63,625 nucleotides of DNA, filler included, from Globobulimina sp. (GCA_003354225.1; 43 parts of 43 records of this genome joined end to end with filler, not necessarily neighbours in it); one strand, 5' to 3'. Numbered from the whole stretch's first letter, positions 12,563-24,816 are shown. Numbers and translations: made by a program. Notes: generated by a model not told the origin, from the sequence alone.

Positions 12563-13138
12563 ATGTATACTGTATTGTTAATTTGTTTATTTTTTTGTGT
12601 TAGATCAGATAATGTAGTATTCCGGGGATTTAGAATTTGTAAAGATCAATCTGGATCTGTTTGTTTAGGATATAAACCAGATGAATGTAGTGATTATAAT
12701 GTAGCATTTAGAGGAGAGAGCCACCAATATTATGAACAATATGAGAACGGACAAATATGTTGGTTAGGGGCGGATTGGTGTTTAAGATGGGTTGAGATAT
12801 GTAGTTGGATATTGATATATGATGATGATTTTCATATGTCAAAACAATTTAAATCTGTTAAAACTTATCGACCTCATTATCATGAACCTGCATTTGGATG
12901 GATATATATTGTTGGTGGATCAGCAGGATCTGTCCATGCAGTGTATAACCGGAACCATTATATTGTACCAGCTGCAGTTGATAATAAATGGGTGTATAGT
13001 ATTATTGGTGTATTATTTGTATTTACAGCAACAATCACTATTTTTAATTTGTATATTTATTCAAGGAATAAAAAGAGAGGATATATTGCAGTCAAAGCAT
13101 ATGATACTCAGAAACAGTATGATACAGAAACAGCATGA
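12563..13138 (+). CDS. Small type I membrane protein (signal peptide, Cys-containing ectodomain, C-terminal TM)
   Basis: MYTVLLICLFFCVRS signal; WVYSIIGVLFVFTATITIFNLYIY TM followed by RNKKR. Confidence 0.65.
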   Translation: MYTVLLICLFFCVRSDNVVFRGFRICKDQSGSVCLGYKPDECSDYNVAFRGESHQYYEQYENGQICWLGADWCLRWVEICSWILIYDDDFHMSKQFKSVKTYRPHYHEPAFGWIYIVGGSAGSVHAVYNRNHYIVPAAVDNKWVYSIIGVLFVFTATITIFNLYIYSRNKKRGYIAVKAYDTQKQYDTETA

Positions 13139-13347
13139 TCTAAATAAATCAAAATTCAAACACGTAAATAAAAACAGTATGATCTAAATAATTTTTTTTT
13201 TTTGCAAATTTTGTAATTTGATCATGAATATCAATTTAATTATTAAGNNNNNNNNNNNNNNNNNNNNNNNNNNNNNNNNNNNNNNNNNNNNTTAATTAAT
13301 TAANNNNNNNNNNNNNNNNNNNNNNNNNNNNNNNNNNNNNNNNNNNN

Positions 13348-14186
13348 TATACAATTTATTAACTTCAACACTCCATAATATATCAAACGGAAATTGACAT
13401 TCATTGTAAAATTCTATTTCTGCATAAATATACACCATACCATTCAAATTTAAATTCGTTGCTGAATATTCAGAAACGCCCTGCAATGTCACTACAGGTT
13501 TGCAGTCCGTCTCTGTTGTGTGTGTTTTTCAAATGTGTTCTAAATTCGCGGAAACAAAAAGTTATTATTTAACTGGATGCATTTATTGGAGATACAGCAA
13601 AATGTGTTCCAGATCCTGAATTTGTACACGTTGCATTGCGTTCATTGTGACAAAATAAACTAGAATTCTGCACATGTTATTTGTGTTTTTGATAAATTTG
13701 CAATATGACAAAGTAGATATTTGTATATGACTTAACAGAACAAACTGAATCAGTATCACATGACACATCACAATGACCACTTTGTAACTCGCAATAAAAA
13801 TCAGTATTTGCACAATCTGCGTCTTTGCAAATGAGTGATGTGGTTGATGGTGTGGTTGTACTTGATGTGGTATTAATTGTTAACGAATCACAAACATCAT
13901 TTGCATTCGATGAACATATAATTGTTGAGGTTGTCGGTGTTGTATTTGAGATAATTGTGACAGTTAAGCCGTTACATAATTTAACTCCATTTCCGGTACA
14001 ATTGATATTGCAAACTGGTGTATTGATACATGTATATACTCCATTCCTGCAGGCATGGTTTCCATTAATGCATTGTAACGAACATGATATCGGATCATTG
14101 CATTCCACTATCATAGAACCAATGTCTTGATCAATTTGTTGACACGCTAACATATACGCCAATGATGTAATTGCTATGATATGCAT
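13348..14186 (-). CDS. Secreted Cys-rich repeat protein, probably multi-exon or decayed
   Basis: Hydrophobic N-terminus; repeated CxxxC/CxIxC units (CSLQCING, CNINCTGNG, CDVSCDTDSVC). Confidence 0.55.
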
Positions 14187-14830
14187 CCATCCTATATTAT
14201 GGTACTGTAATTACATTCATCTACTTGCACAGACACTAAACTTGAATAAATTGGAGGGCCCTTCATCATTGTGTATTAAAGAGAGGTCAACTTTACAAAA
14301 GCAAAAAACTTTACAGTAAATAAAGTTTAAATATTGAATATGTCGAACATTTACTCCGAAACTCTCCACATCTCGAATGGTAGATGAGAATAATTATATG
14401 GCACAGATTGGTGGAGCAAAAATGAAGCATAATTAAATATAGTTAGAAAAACTAATCGTCAAATTGTATCAATTCCATTCTATAGCTACCTGTATTCTAT
14501 CTGCGTAAAAATATTGATCTTTAGGACAAACACATGAACTCCACTCGTTTCTAGATTTAAGACATTCATCACAACACTCTTCATTGCACCGACGACAGCA
14601 ATTCAATGATTGCAATCCACAGTCATGGCAATATGCCGACTTACAGTTGTCACACCACCACCACTCAAAACAAATACGCTCCAAACTGGTAACTTCTCCA
14701 CATGGCCTGCACTACAATGAGTCGCATTGTNNNNNNNNNNNNNNNNNNNNNNNNNNNNNNNNNNNNNNNNNNNNTTAATTAATTAANNNNNNNNNNNNNN
14801 NNNNNNNNNNNNNNNNNNNNNNNNNNNNNN

Positions 14831-16213
14831 TTTGCTAAAATTCAATTAGAAGATGATGAAATTGAACAAGAATTTGAAATACAAAGAGAACCAGAAACGT
14901 GGGAAATTTTGTGCAATTTAATGACTGATAATATTGATTTGCAAGTAAATTCAGATGATGTTGATTGGCATGCTGATTATCACAAGTATAAAGAATACAT
15001 TTCTCACATAATAGTAATTCAAAATACAGAAAAAAACAATATAACTTTTACATATATTGAGACAATAGTAACAATATAACTTTTACAAACGGACAACAAT
15101 TAGCTTTTAATATAATAGAAACACATTTTCTCAAAAACCAGAAGATAGAAAGCAGTTATTATTTTCATTGTTTGGTGGTCCAGGTACTGGGAAATCAGTA
15201 GTTATTCAAGAAATTAAAAAATTATTACAAGATGTGGTTAAAATTTTAGCTACTACTGGATTAGCTGCTTTTAATATTAATGGACAAACAGCTCATTCTT
15301 TATTAGGTCTTCCAATCAAAAAATCGCAAGAACGAGATTTAAAAGATGTATCGCTCTCAAGATTGCAACAAAGATTAGAAAATGTTGAGTACATTATCAT
15401 AGATGAAATATCGATGTGCAGTCAAAAAAATTTATTTTGGATTGATAAACGTTTACGGCAGGCAACTACTAAAATTGATCTTCCTTTTGGTGGGAAAAAT
15501 ATTATAATTGTCGGTGATTTTGCACAATTACCACCTGTTTGTGGAACACCACTATACAAAAAACCTTCTGCCAGAAAAGATCCACAAGGTTATTGGTTAT
15601 ACCAACTCTTTACAAAAGTTGTAATATTAAATGCTTCAGAAAATAAGCGCCAAGAAGGTAATGATGCGGAAACACAGCGATTTAGGAAATTTCTTGCAAA
15701 TTTAAGAAATGCAGAGTCAACTTACGAGGATTGGAAATTTATACTGACAAGGCAGCCAGATTGTTTAACGAAAGAAGAGTTATCGTATTTTGATGAAGCT
15801 ACTCATGTTTTTGCAACTAATGAGAGTGCAGCTAGATTTAATTTAGAGCATTTAAAAAATTTGAAACAACCAATCGCGCGAATTGAAGGAAACCATTCTC
15901 CTCCCAGTGCTAAAAATGCAAAGCCTGACAAAGCAATGGGATTGCAACCTGTATTATTTTTAGCTAAAAATGCGAAAGTTATGATAACAAGAAATCTTGC
16001 TGTTGAACATGGTTTAGCAAATGGTTCAACTGGAATTGTACAAGCTATAATATATGATCCAAAAAACGACCCACCTCGTTTACCTGTTGCAGTTATTGTG
16101 AAATTTGATAAATATGAAGGACTAAGTTGCATTCCTGAGATACCAGGTTGTGTTGCCATTACACCTACAATCAGTGAATGGACTAGTAGCAGAGGTAAAA
16201 CATTTACAAGACA
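14831..16213 (+). mobile_element. Pif1-family SF1 helicase, likely Helitron/Helentron-derived; frameshift near 15111-15140
   Basis: GGPGTGKS, ATTGLAA, IIIDEISM, PFGGKNIIIVGDFAQLPPV, MITRNL...GLANGSTG; the upstream Q-motif segment (TNGQQLAFNII) is in another frame. Confidence 0.85.
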
Positions 16214-16313
16214 NNNNNNNNNNNNNNNNNNNNNNNNNNNNNNNNNNNNNNNNNNNNTTAATTAATTAANNNNNNNNNNNNNNNNNNNNNNNNNNNNNNN
16301 NNNNNNNNNNNNN

Positions 16314-16376
16314 TTTTTTTATATTGGTTGTTGAGGATAATTGAGGAACTGGCGCAAGCGGTGGTGGTTGCGACAT
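16314..16376 (-). CDS. 5' end of an unknown gene divergent from the dehydrogenase (MSQPPPLAPVPQ...)
   Basis: ATG at 16376, open to the contig edge. Confidence 0.4.
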
Positions 16377-16473
16377 TGCAGTGACGACTGATGATTTGTA
16401 GTTGACAAAAAAAATGATTTGTAGTGGAAAACCTTGCAAAAGTTTTTTTGTATTTTGAAAGAAGTTATCGAGC

Positions 16474-17696
16474 ATGAAATCGTTTAGTTTCCTATTATTC
16501 TTATTCACATTCACACTCTCTCATGCGGAAGACATCCGTTTTTGTTCAATTGGGATGGGTGGATTTGGCACATCCACCGCAAAATTAGCAATCGAAAAAG
16601 GATTCAAAATGGTAGCAGCCTTTACTCGCTATTCCAAACACACTAAAACCGTCGGACAGTTGCTAGGAATGGAAGATGATCCATCATTACAATTTGAAGT
16701 GTCTGGAATGCGAAAATTAGAAGAAATTATCGATGCGACCAAACCTCATTTTTGTATCGATGCCACAAACAGTACATTGGGTGATGTATTTCCACATTTT
16801 CGTCGTCTCCTCGCCAAAGGTATAAACATATTGACTTTATCAAACGAAGCGATTTTCCCAAATACCAGATTTCATTGGAAACCCAAGCAATTATATCGGG
16901 CTCTCGACAAATTTGCAAAGGAGAGCAATGCTGTTGTTCTTGGCGGAGGCTTTTCTGACTCCCTTTTAAGTTTGGTACACATACATATCATATATACCAT
17001 ATATACCATACACACTGCAACACAGTGCCTGTAATCCCCAGTATGGCCGCATCGATGATGGAATTAAATAGAATCAGAATAACCGTTAAAATCAACGCAG
17101 ATGGAGCAGCTGAGAAAGATGCCAGATTTTATGGTGTTGGCATGACAGAGAAAGATTTTAATGAATATAGAGAAACATTGATTAATATTGGCATTTCATA
17201 TTGGCAGCGAGCAGTGGTTGAAGCACTCGCAGATGGCTTAGATTTGCCTTTATTGGATGTCACATCGGGCGCACAGAAGGAATCTATTGCGTTGTATACG
17301 CGGATGGAATGTTATAAAGTGGCGAATGAAAATGGATTGCAATCCAATGCGTTGAATACAGTGATTGATAGTGGTGACTGCGCGGGGATAAATGTGACAG
17401 TTTTAGGGCGCGCAAAGGATAATGTTGAGATTGTATTAAGTGTGGTATTTGCTGTGTTGCCAGAGGTAGAATCGTCGAATATGGAGGTGGTGTTATCGGG
17501 TGTTCCTGATTTGGAGTTTTCGATAAAAAATATCGACAACCATGTGGTGACTGGTGCGTCTTTGTTACATCGAGTGCCGATGGTATTGAATGAGTTACAG
17601 CCTGGTTTTCATGATGTGAATAAGTTGGGGGCGAATCGGTATTGGTCGAAGGTGGATGATTGGAATGTGCAGGAAATACCTGAGGTAGTATCAAAT
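16474..17696 (+). CDS. Signal-peptide-bearing DapB-like / 2,4-diaminopentanoate dehydrogenase (Ord/native amine dehydrogenase) family oxidoreductase; intron 16970-17025; 3' partial
   Basis: GMGGFG Rossmann motif, GINILTLSNEAIFP, LDKFAKESNAVVLGGG, YGVGMTEKDF; removing the 56-nt GT..AG intron joins the two ORFs (DSLL-M-PVIP). Confidence 0.8.
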
Positions 17697-18057
17697 NNNN
17701 NNNNNNNNNNNNNNNNNNNNNNNNNNNNNNNNNNNNNNNNTTAATTAATTAANNNNNNNNNNNNNNNNNNNNNNNNNNNNNNNNNNNNNNNNNNNNGGAG
17801 ACATTAATGGTTGTAATGGACATATTGTTGTATGGCTGAATTGATGAATGACAATTTTTGCATATGGTGTAATCACAATCATCAAATGCATAATCTTGCA
17901 TGGTTTTAAATGCAGAAATTATTTGTCAATTAAAAAAGAAGGGCTAATAAGGACTTCTCTTTTGTAACAATAAGTAAAACCCGCAACGATGGAGCAAATT
18001 GTCAAATAAAAAAACTCAAGTAAAAAGATTTTGAAACTTATTTGCGAAATCACAAGT

Positions 18058-19164
18058 TTATTTGACTATATTTTTATATCTATTGGCATGTTCAAGGATT
18101 AATTTACAATGTGGTGTTGATTCAACACCAATACTCTTTAAACATTGCCGATCAAAAAATTGAATTTGTCGAATATCATCCATATTATTTTCGCGAAATA
18201 ACATCAAATATTTATCTAATTTTACATCCTCACATAACCATTTCACAAATTTAGCTTTATAAATATTTACATTCACATCATGTCCTCCACTATTTTCAAT
18301 ATTAAATATTTCCGCCTGCTCACTTATAAACAAAGCATGGACGTTACATTCCACCCCGATATCATTGCTAATGACAGCCACATTGAACCATTGTATAAAC
18401 TGTATCTGATCCACATTTTTTTGCTTAAACAAACACAAATATTTATCCATTCCCAATTCATTACATAGCCACTCTGCAAATCTTAACTGCGACAGTTGCA
18501 CTTCCACCATTTCTTCATTTACAGCGGGAATCGCTTCACTTCCATGCTCCATGTCATACTGTCCATATATGGCACTTTTTTCATCTGCTTTCTCGTCATA
18601 ATCAATATCCTTTTCTTGCTTATTCCTTCCATGATATTTTTCAAACTCTTTACATAAAATATATCGTATCTCTTTCATTCTTTTTTGTTCATCCAACTCA
18701 TCCATAAACGGCAAAGAAGGGAATATTATGCCTTCCACCACTCTGTGATGAAACTGTGTGGATAAATATTTTGCTGCGTTGACTGCAAACACAGTCAATA
18801 TATCACGCACAAAATGTTGACAATTATTTGTCATGGAGCAATATTTTGAGTATTTCCGCTTCCATTTTTCAATGATATAACCGATGCATTCGCCGCTTAT
18901 CTCATCACTCAAATATATTTTGCTTAATGTCCCCCATCGAGAAGTAAAGAATTGCCGCGAGTTTGCACACCAAGAATACCAATGAATCCTTTGTCCGATA
19001 CAGTCATTCTTACCAATAATTGCAATCACTCTGCTGTTTGCATAATAATCCAAAGTTAGTAAATATTCATCCCCTTCGAATTTGAGCGCCCAGTGATCGA
19101 TCAACGACACATTTTTCACGCCGTGCACTGGCCGAGCACATACTGTAAGTGTATGGAATGTCAT
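18058..19164 (-). CDS. Permuted papain-like (PPPDE/LRAT-type) domain fused to two SAM-like domains
   Basis: DHWALKF ... YCSMTNNCQHFV; two C-terminal units FxxWL..LDKYL.LF...DDI..IQ.F....L..IGV. Confidence 0.65.
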   Translation of the reverse strand: MTFHTLTVCARPVHGVKNVSLIDHWALKFEGDEYLLTLDYYANSRVIAIIGKNDCIGQRIHWYSWCANSRQFFTSRWGTLSKIYLSDEISGECIGYIIEKWKRKYSKYCSMTNNCQHFVRDILTVFAVNAAKYLSTQFHHRVVEGIIFPSLPFMDELDEQKRMKEIRYILCKEFEKYHGRNKQEKDIDYDEKADEKSAIYGQYDMEHGSEAIPAVNEEMVEVQLSQLRFAEWLCNELGMDKYLCLFKQKNVDQIQFIQWFNVAVISNDIGVECNVHALFISEQAEIFNIENSGGHDVNVNIYKAKFVKWLCEDVKLDKYLMLFRENNMDDIRQIQFFDRQCLKSIGVESTPHCKLILEHANRYKNIVK

Positions 19165-19279
19165 TTTCTTTTTATACGCNNNNNNNNNNNNNNNNNNNNN
19201 NNNNNNNNNNNNNNNNNNNNNNNTTAATTAATTAANNNNNNNNNNNNNNNNNNNNNNNNNNNNNNNNNNNNNNNNNNNN

Positions 19280-20662
19280 AAAACAACAATGATTAACCAT
19301 ACATATGAAGGTATAATATCTAATCCTTTTGATTTGTTTGATGATTTATCATATTCACTAGTACTTGGCGATGATGTTGATACTAAAACCGATGTACTCA
19401 CTGTATTACTAGTTACAGGGGATTTGCTTGGCGACGATGTTGGAGACACTGTTTGCATTGAAACATTTAAATTCGATATATTCATATCCAATAAATCAAA
19501 TGTCACATAATCAAAGTTACCAAATACATCATTACCCGATATAATAATTTGTGCACCGGATGATTGCACAAAAAAAATCGTTAAATTTGGCCACATTAAT
19601 GTTCCAGCCGCAAAAGTTGCATTTGTGTTATCTGCCAAAGTCAAAAGTCCTTCAATGATTTTATTGGTTGACTTCTTAACTTGTGATATTACACTCGAAT
19701 ACGTATCAATTTCATACAATTGAACACTTGACAATGGAATAACACTTATATTTGTTACATCGATATCCAATACAACCCCAAACTCAATATATCCGTTATT
19801 CCCATTATTCTGCTTTTTCTCCTCCAAACTGTCATAAATGAGTAATGGATATTTGATAATATATCCATGCGGTACATCACCATTTGCTGTCGAACTGAAA
19901 GTAATCGCTCCGCTTGAAAACATATAATCACTCAAATTGGAATCATTTCCATCCAACGCATTGACAAAAAAACCAATATTCCCATCCCAATAACTTAACA
20001 ATTGCGTGCTATCAAAGTCTTTGTCCCTTATATCCGTATCAATTTGTGCCGCCATAATGGAGGTATTTGGATACAAAATGTATGTTTTTGCGGCCATAAC
20101 GGTTGCTGTCACGTCCACACTCAATTGATATAAGCCATACGTTGAGGAATACATCACATCCACACCGCGACTGGAGTCAATACCAAATGATAAGTTTGCG
20201 GGTTTGCGCGCTGAGCAAGAATAATTTGTCAAATATTCTGGATAGGTTTGTAACACTGTCAAGGAAGAATTCATTGCCACTAAAAAATCGATATAATTGT
20301 CGCTAATTAAGTCGTTGTTATAATAATAAAAAGAACCTAATGCAGCAAACGAAGTGGAATAAAATATGGTCGATCCAGTCATATGTTTGCGGACAAAATC
20401 GGCGCCAAAATATATAACGGCGTCGGATAAATAATTTAAAACACGTTGACCGCTCATTTTTAACCGCTCATTGCATGTGTTCCAAAATATATTCTCGTCA
20501 TTGACAAAATTATTCAAAAATAAACCCATATCATAAATATAAAAGTCTTGTTCCGCTGCCACGGTGGCACTTTCTCCCCGCAACACTGCCATAATCATCC
20601 CGTAATCGTATGCTTCAACGGCCAGTGTTATCATTCGGATAAAACTGTTAAATTCATTCAAA
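19280..20662 (-). CDS. Cell-surface protein with Ser/Thr/Pro stalk and TM; N-terminal part resembles the C-terminal half of clostripain (peptidase C11)
   Basis: YDMGLFL...LSDAVIY...TGSTIFY...NYIDFL pattern; PTSSPSKSP stalk; YVWLIIVV TM start; both ends truncated. Confidence 0.5.
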
Positions 20663-21104
20663 NNNNNNNNNNNNNNNNNNNNNNNNNNNNNNNNNNNNNN
20701 NNNNNNTTAATTAATTAANNNNNNNNNNNNNNNNNNNNNNNNNNNNNNNNNNNNNNNNNNNNTATACATATATTATATATCTCTATGCAGTCTGCAAGTT
20801 TTCAACCGTTCTGCAAATGTTCTTTGACTTTGATCTTGCATCTGCCTTCCGCCAAAACGAGTGCCGTCTCCCGCACTACTGTGTTCACAGCTGGCTTGGT
20901 CGAACGTTCTTTCAGCCACGCTCCCACAGCAGCCTGCGAGTCGCTCCGAATCCTGACAACGAGCCGCTCGGGCTTCCATAATGGCAACCAATGGTGTGTT
21001 GTTAATTAAGGCCGATAAACCGGCAACCGGGAAAATTAGCTTTGCAAGAAACCTATCAAATTATTATTACATTTTAAACGGTGTCATCAGTCATTTCTAT
21101 CCTT

Positions 21105-22001
21105 TCAATGCAATTGATATAACACACTGCCACCACCCGGTAAATACGTCACATTGCTGGCATGCGCTAACGTCTCCGCAATCTCTTTGGCAGCCTCAAT
21201 CTTCCGGATCTCTATAAATCCCCTCCCAGCTTTCTCAATAGATTCAGACAATAATTTGGCTGCTTCAGATTCGCCCTCCGCCTGAATGATAGCCGCTTGC
21301 TTCTCCTGCTCCGTTTTGGCCACAATGAACTTATACCTCTCCGCTTTCTGAGCCGCAACTTGTTTGTTTTCAACCGCCCGCATAAACTCTTTGCTGTACG
21401 ACAAGTTGGTAATGGCTACATCGTCGATCACAATGTTATAATCGAAGGCTCTCTCCGTCATATTCTCACGTATCTGCGTGCTGACTTGTTCTCGCATAGT
21501 CAGTAATTGATCCGCATTGTATTGAGCCACCACAGATTTTAAGATCTCCTGAGCCACCGACGGCAATACCACTTCATCATAATTTAAGCCCAATTCACTA
21601 TAAATAGTGGGCAATGCTGGTATTTGTGGGTGCGACAACACACGCAAACTGATGTTAGTTTGTTGCAAATCTTGCGTGGACGCACGTTGATGTTTCACCA
21701 TATACGGTCTGGTTCTGTGCACATTATGTAAAGGCAAAAAAAAATGTTAACAGTGCGAAATTTCTGTTAATTTCGGGGATAATGGTTTTTTATCATACCT
21801 CACATCATAAATGATTGCGCGTTGGAGAAATGGGATTAGTAAATGGGTGCCTTCTTTTTTGACCTGGTTTTTTACGCCTTGGATGCGGTCATAAATGACG
21901 CCTCGATGACCAGCATCGACATTGTATAAACTTGAGGCTAAAATGGTGGCGCCGATACCTAAGCCTACCGCTGTTCCTACTAAACGTGATGCCATTGCCA
22001 T
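21105..22001 (-). CDS. PHB1: Prohibitin (SPFH); intron 21715-21798
   Basis: YNVDAGHRGVIYDRIQGV, DLQQTNISLRVL, LPSVAQEILKSVVAQYNA, AVENKQVAAQKAER; 84-nt intron joins YDVR/TRP; complete gene. Confidence 0.93.
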
Positions 22002-22244
22002 TGTTATTGTGATGAAGGGTTGAGGATTGTTTTTTTTCTTTGTTAACTGTTTCTATGCAGATCGATTACATTCGGACTTAAATCCAAATATTTAGTATCC
22101 ATTGCAAATTGTTTGATATTTATAAAATGTTATTTGATGGATATNNNNNNNNNNNNNNNNNNNNNNNNNNNNNNNNNNNNNNNNNNNNTTAATTAATTAA
22201 NNNNNNNNNNNNNNNNNNNNNNNNNNNNNNNNNNNNNNNNNNNN

Positions 22245-23626
22245 ATCACCATCCAGATCGCCCTTAAAGTAAGCAGCGGGATGGCAGTCAATCCAAAGAC
22301 CAAGCTTTGTTTTCTTCGAATCTGAAGCATTAAATATGCGATAGATATCAAGAATTCCTTATCTTTATGCATTGCCAAAAATTCACAAACCGCAGTTAGC
22401 AATGCGTCCCATTGTTTCATGTGTAAATTCCCTTTGCCACCCTATTTCTAGACACTTAGCAAAGATGCTTGGAACTCTTCTTGGCATAAATGAACACAAA
22501 ACACACCTCCGTGATACATCTGAATTTATCCATGCAGTTTCAGATTTAAATGTAAAATGGGACTCTACTATAATGGCTTCCCTTGATGTCTCTTCACTGT
22601 TCACCAATGTTCATGTTCCAACAGCATTGAAAATTTTGCGTCAACGTCTAAAGGACCATCCCCAGATATGGAGCAAAAAGAACATTCTCTCTGATAATTT
22701 TATTATGGCAATCATTGAAATTTGTGCAAAACCATCACTATTCACTTTCAATGGAAAATTTTATCGCCAAAAATATGGTTTGCCCATGGGAAACCCTCTT
22801 GCACCTTTGTTATCATGTATTTTTTTGGAATATCTGGAAAATAATGTATTATCTCACTTGTCTATTCCTCCAATATACTATGGCCGCTATGTTGATGACA
22901 TTTGTGTCTTAATCAAGGATCGTGCATCTTTAGATGCCCTATTATTATCACTCAATAAAGCCGATTCTGAAAAACGAATTAATTTTACACTTGATTTGGA
23001 GTCAAATGGTTGTTTGCCTTTTTTGGATACTCTTTTGGACCGAAATGACGACAATCTGACCATTTCTGTGTATAGAAAACCTACGCACAGTAATCGATTT
23101 GTGCATTTTTCATCTTGTCAACCAATTGGTCAAAAGCTTGGAATCGTGAATACATTGTCCAGGCGTGCCTATCAAATTTCATCTTCTTCTCTGGCCAGGA
23201 ATAAAGAGTATGATTTATTACTTGATGCTTTCAATCAATGTGCATACCCCATGAATTGTGTTGAAAATTTAATGAATCCTGTTAAAGCTGCAAAGCAACC
23301 AGAAGACCCCTCTAAACCTAAATGTGTTATCCCTTTTATTCCGGGTCTCAGTGGTCCATTGGCGAGTTTTTTGAAACGTTGGAACATATCCATTGGTTAC
23401 CGAAAACAACAGACACTTGGCCATTTACTCTATAAGCGGTCCCCTGATACTGAATATTTTGATCAACAGAATGTCGTATACAAAGTTGACTGCCCCTCTT
23501 GTGATAAGTGCTATATTGGGCAAACGCGACGCAAAGTTAGAGTGAGATTGAAAAACCATAAAGATGCGATTAGACTTGGACATAATGATAATGCCATTGC
23601 GGCCCATGTGTCAGATATTGGCCACC
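22245..23626 (+). mobile_element. Penelope-like element: reverse transcriptase plus GIY-YIG endonuclease (partial; upstream stop at 22342)
   Basis: YALPKIHK...RPIVS, SLDVSSLFTNV, GLPMGNPLAP, RYVDD, LPFLD, VYRKPTH, NVVYKVDCPSCDKCYIGQT. Confidence 0.95.
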
Positions 23627-24015
23627 NNNNNNNNNNNNNNNNNNNNNNNNNNNNNNNNNNNNNNNNNNNNTTAATTAATTAANNNNNNNNNNNNNNNNNN
23701 NNNNNNNNNNNNNNNNNNNNNNNNNNGCACTACAAGCAGAGTATGAATCAAAAATACGAGTATTAAAACAAAACCCAAATGTATTTTATAATATTATCGG
23801 AGAAATGATGCAATCGAGAAATAATGAATTGGAGCAAAAAATAACGGCAATTCATCAAGATTTATTATCTGAAATGCGATTTATGTTTCAGTTATTTACA
23901 TCTACTCACAATGATGTCGAAGACAAAGAAATCGATGAAACAAATTTAACGGTACTAGACCAAACAAAAAACACATTTAAATAATTAATCTTTACATTAA
24001 ATTGATTTTTGATTT

Positions 24016-24816
24016 TTAAATTAGCCAATTATGTAACACAGTTTGCCAATATTTTATTTTTAGATAATACCTTACATTATCTGCAACTGTTAGTTCACAA
24101 ATTAAATTAATCAGTTCATTTGCTACATTAACATTTTTTATTAATTCCGTCTCTTTAATATTTTGATATAATTTACGTATTATTCTTTTACGTTTAAACT
24201 TAAATCGATCACGGTGTGTCCAATTTTTACGTCCCTTTGAACCAATTATTTTGAAATCTCGAAATTGGTGAATACGCGATATAGGATTACGATAAAATGG
24301 CCTGCTATAGCCGCATTTAAGAGCATAATTAGCTCGAATGGATAAATCGTCACGATCACTTTTATCAAGACATAAGAAATTACGTTTTTTAATATGAAAA
24401 CTACTTTTCACACAAATCAGCGTATTTAAAGTAATTTTTATTTTATAGAAATGTTGCGAGCCTGTTAACGCATGTAAAAAACTCACTTGTCCTCCTAATC
24501 GCTCTGCTTTCATGATTTTCGGATTAATTATATCTACAATAAGATCATCATATAAACACGAAGGAAAAATTGTTTCATAATCTGCTGTTGACATTTCTAC
24601 ATAAATTTCGTAATCGTATAATGATTTTTTGTTTCGTATTCTGATTGTTTCGTAATCGGTAATGCAAAAACCAAAGATAACAGGACTCCATTGAATACCC
24701 GAAATTCTACCTTGAATAGCGACATTTTCATTATCGTTTAAATCTAATAACGTAATTGGTTTGTAATTTCTATTGTATTTTCTAACTCGCGAACTTAAAG
24801 CTAAATTGGGTAACAT
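24016..24816 (-). CDS. Hypothetical basic protein; N-terminus possibly OB-fold-like
   Basis: 266-aa intronless ORF; ITLLDL...NVAIQGRI resembles an OB-fold first strand. Confidence 0.45.
   Translation of the reverse strand: MLPNLALSSRVRKYNRNYKPITLLDLNDNENVAIQGRISGIQWSPVIFGFCITDYETIRIRNKKSLYDYEIYVEMSTADYETIFPSCLYDDLIVDIINPKIMKAERLGGQVSFLHALTGSQHFYKIKITLNTLICVKSSFHIKKRNFLCLDKSDRDDLSIRANYALKCGYSRPFYRNPISRIHQFRDFKIIGSKGRKNWTHRDRFKFKRKRIIRKLYQNIKETELIKNVNVANELINLICELTVADNVRYYLKIKYWQTVLHNWLI

Noticed and set aside
20773-21217. Several short overlapping ORFs downstream of prohibitin
   Set aside because: No motifs; at most the last exon of an unidentified convergent gene
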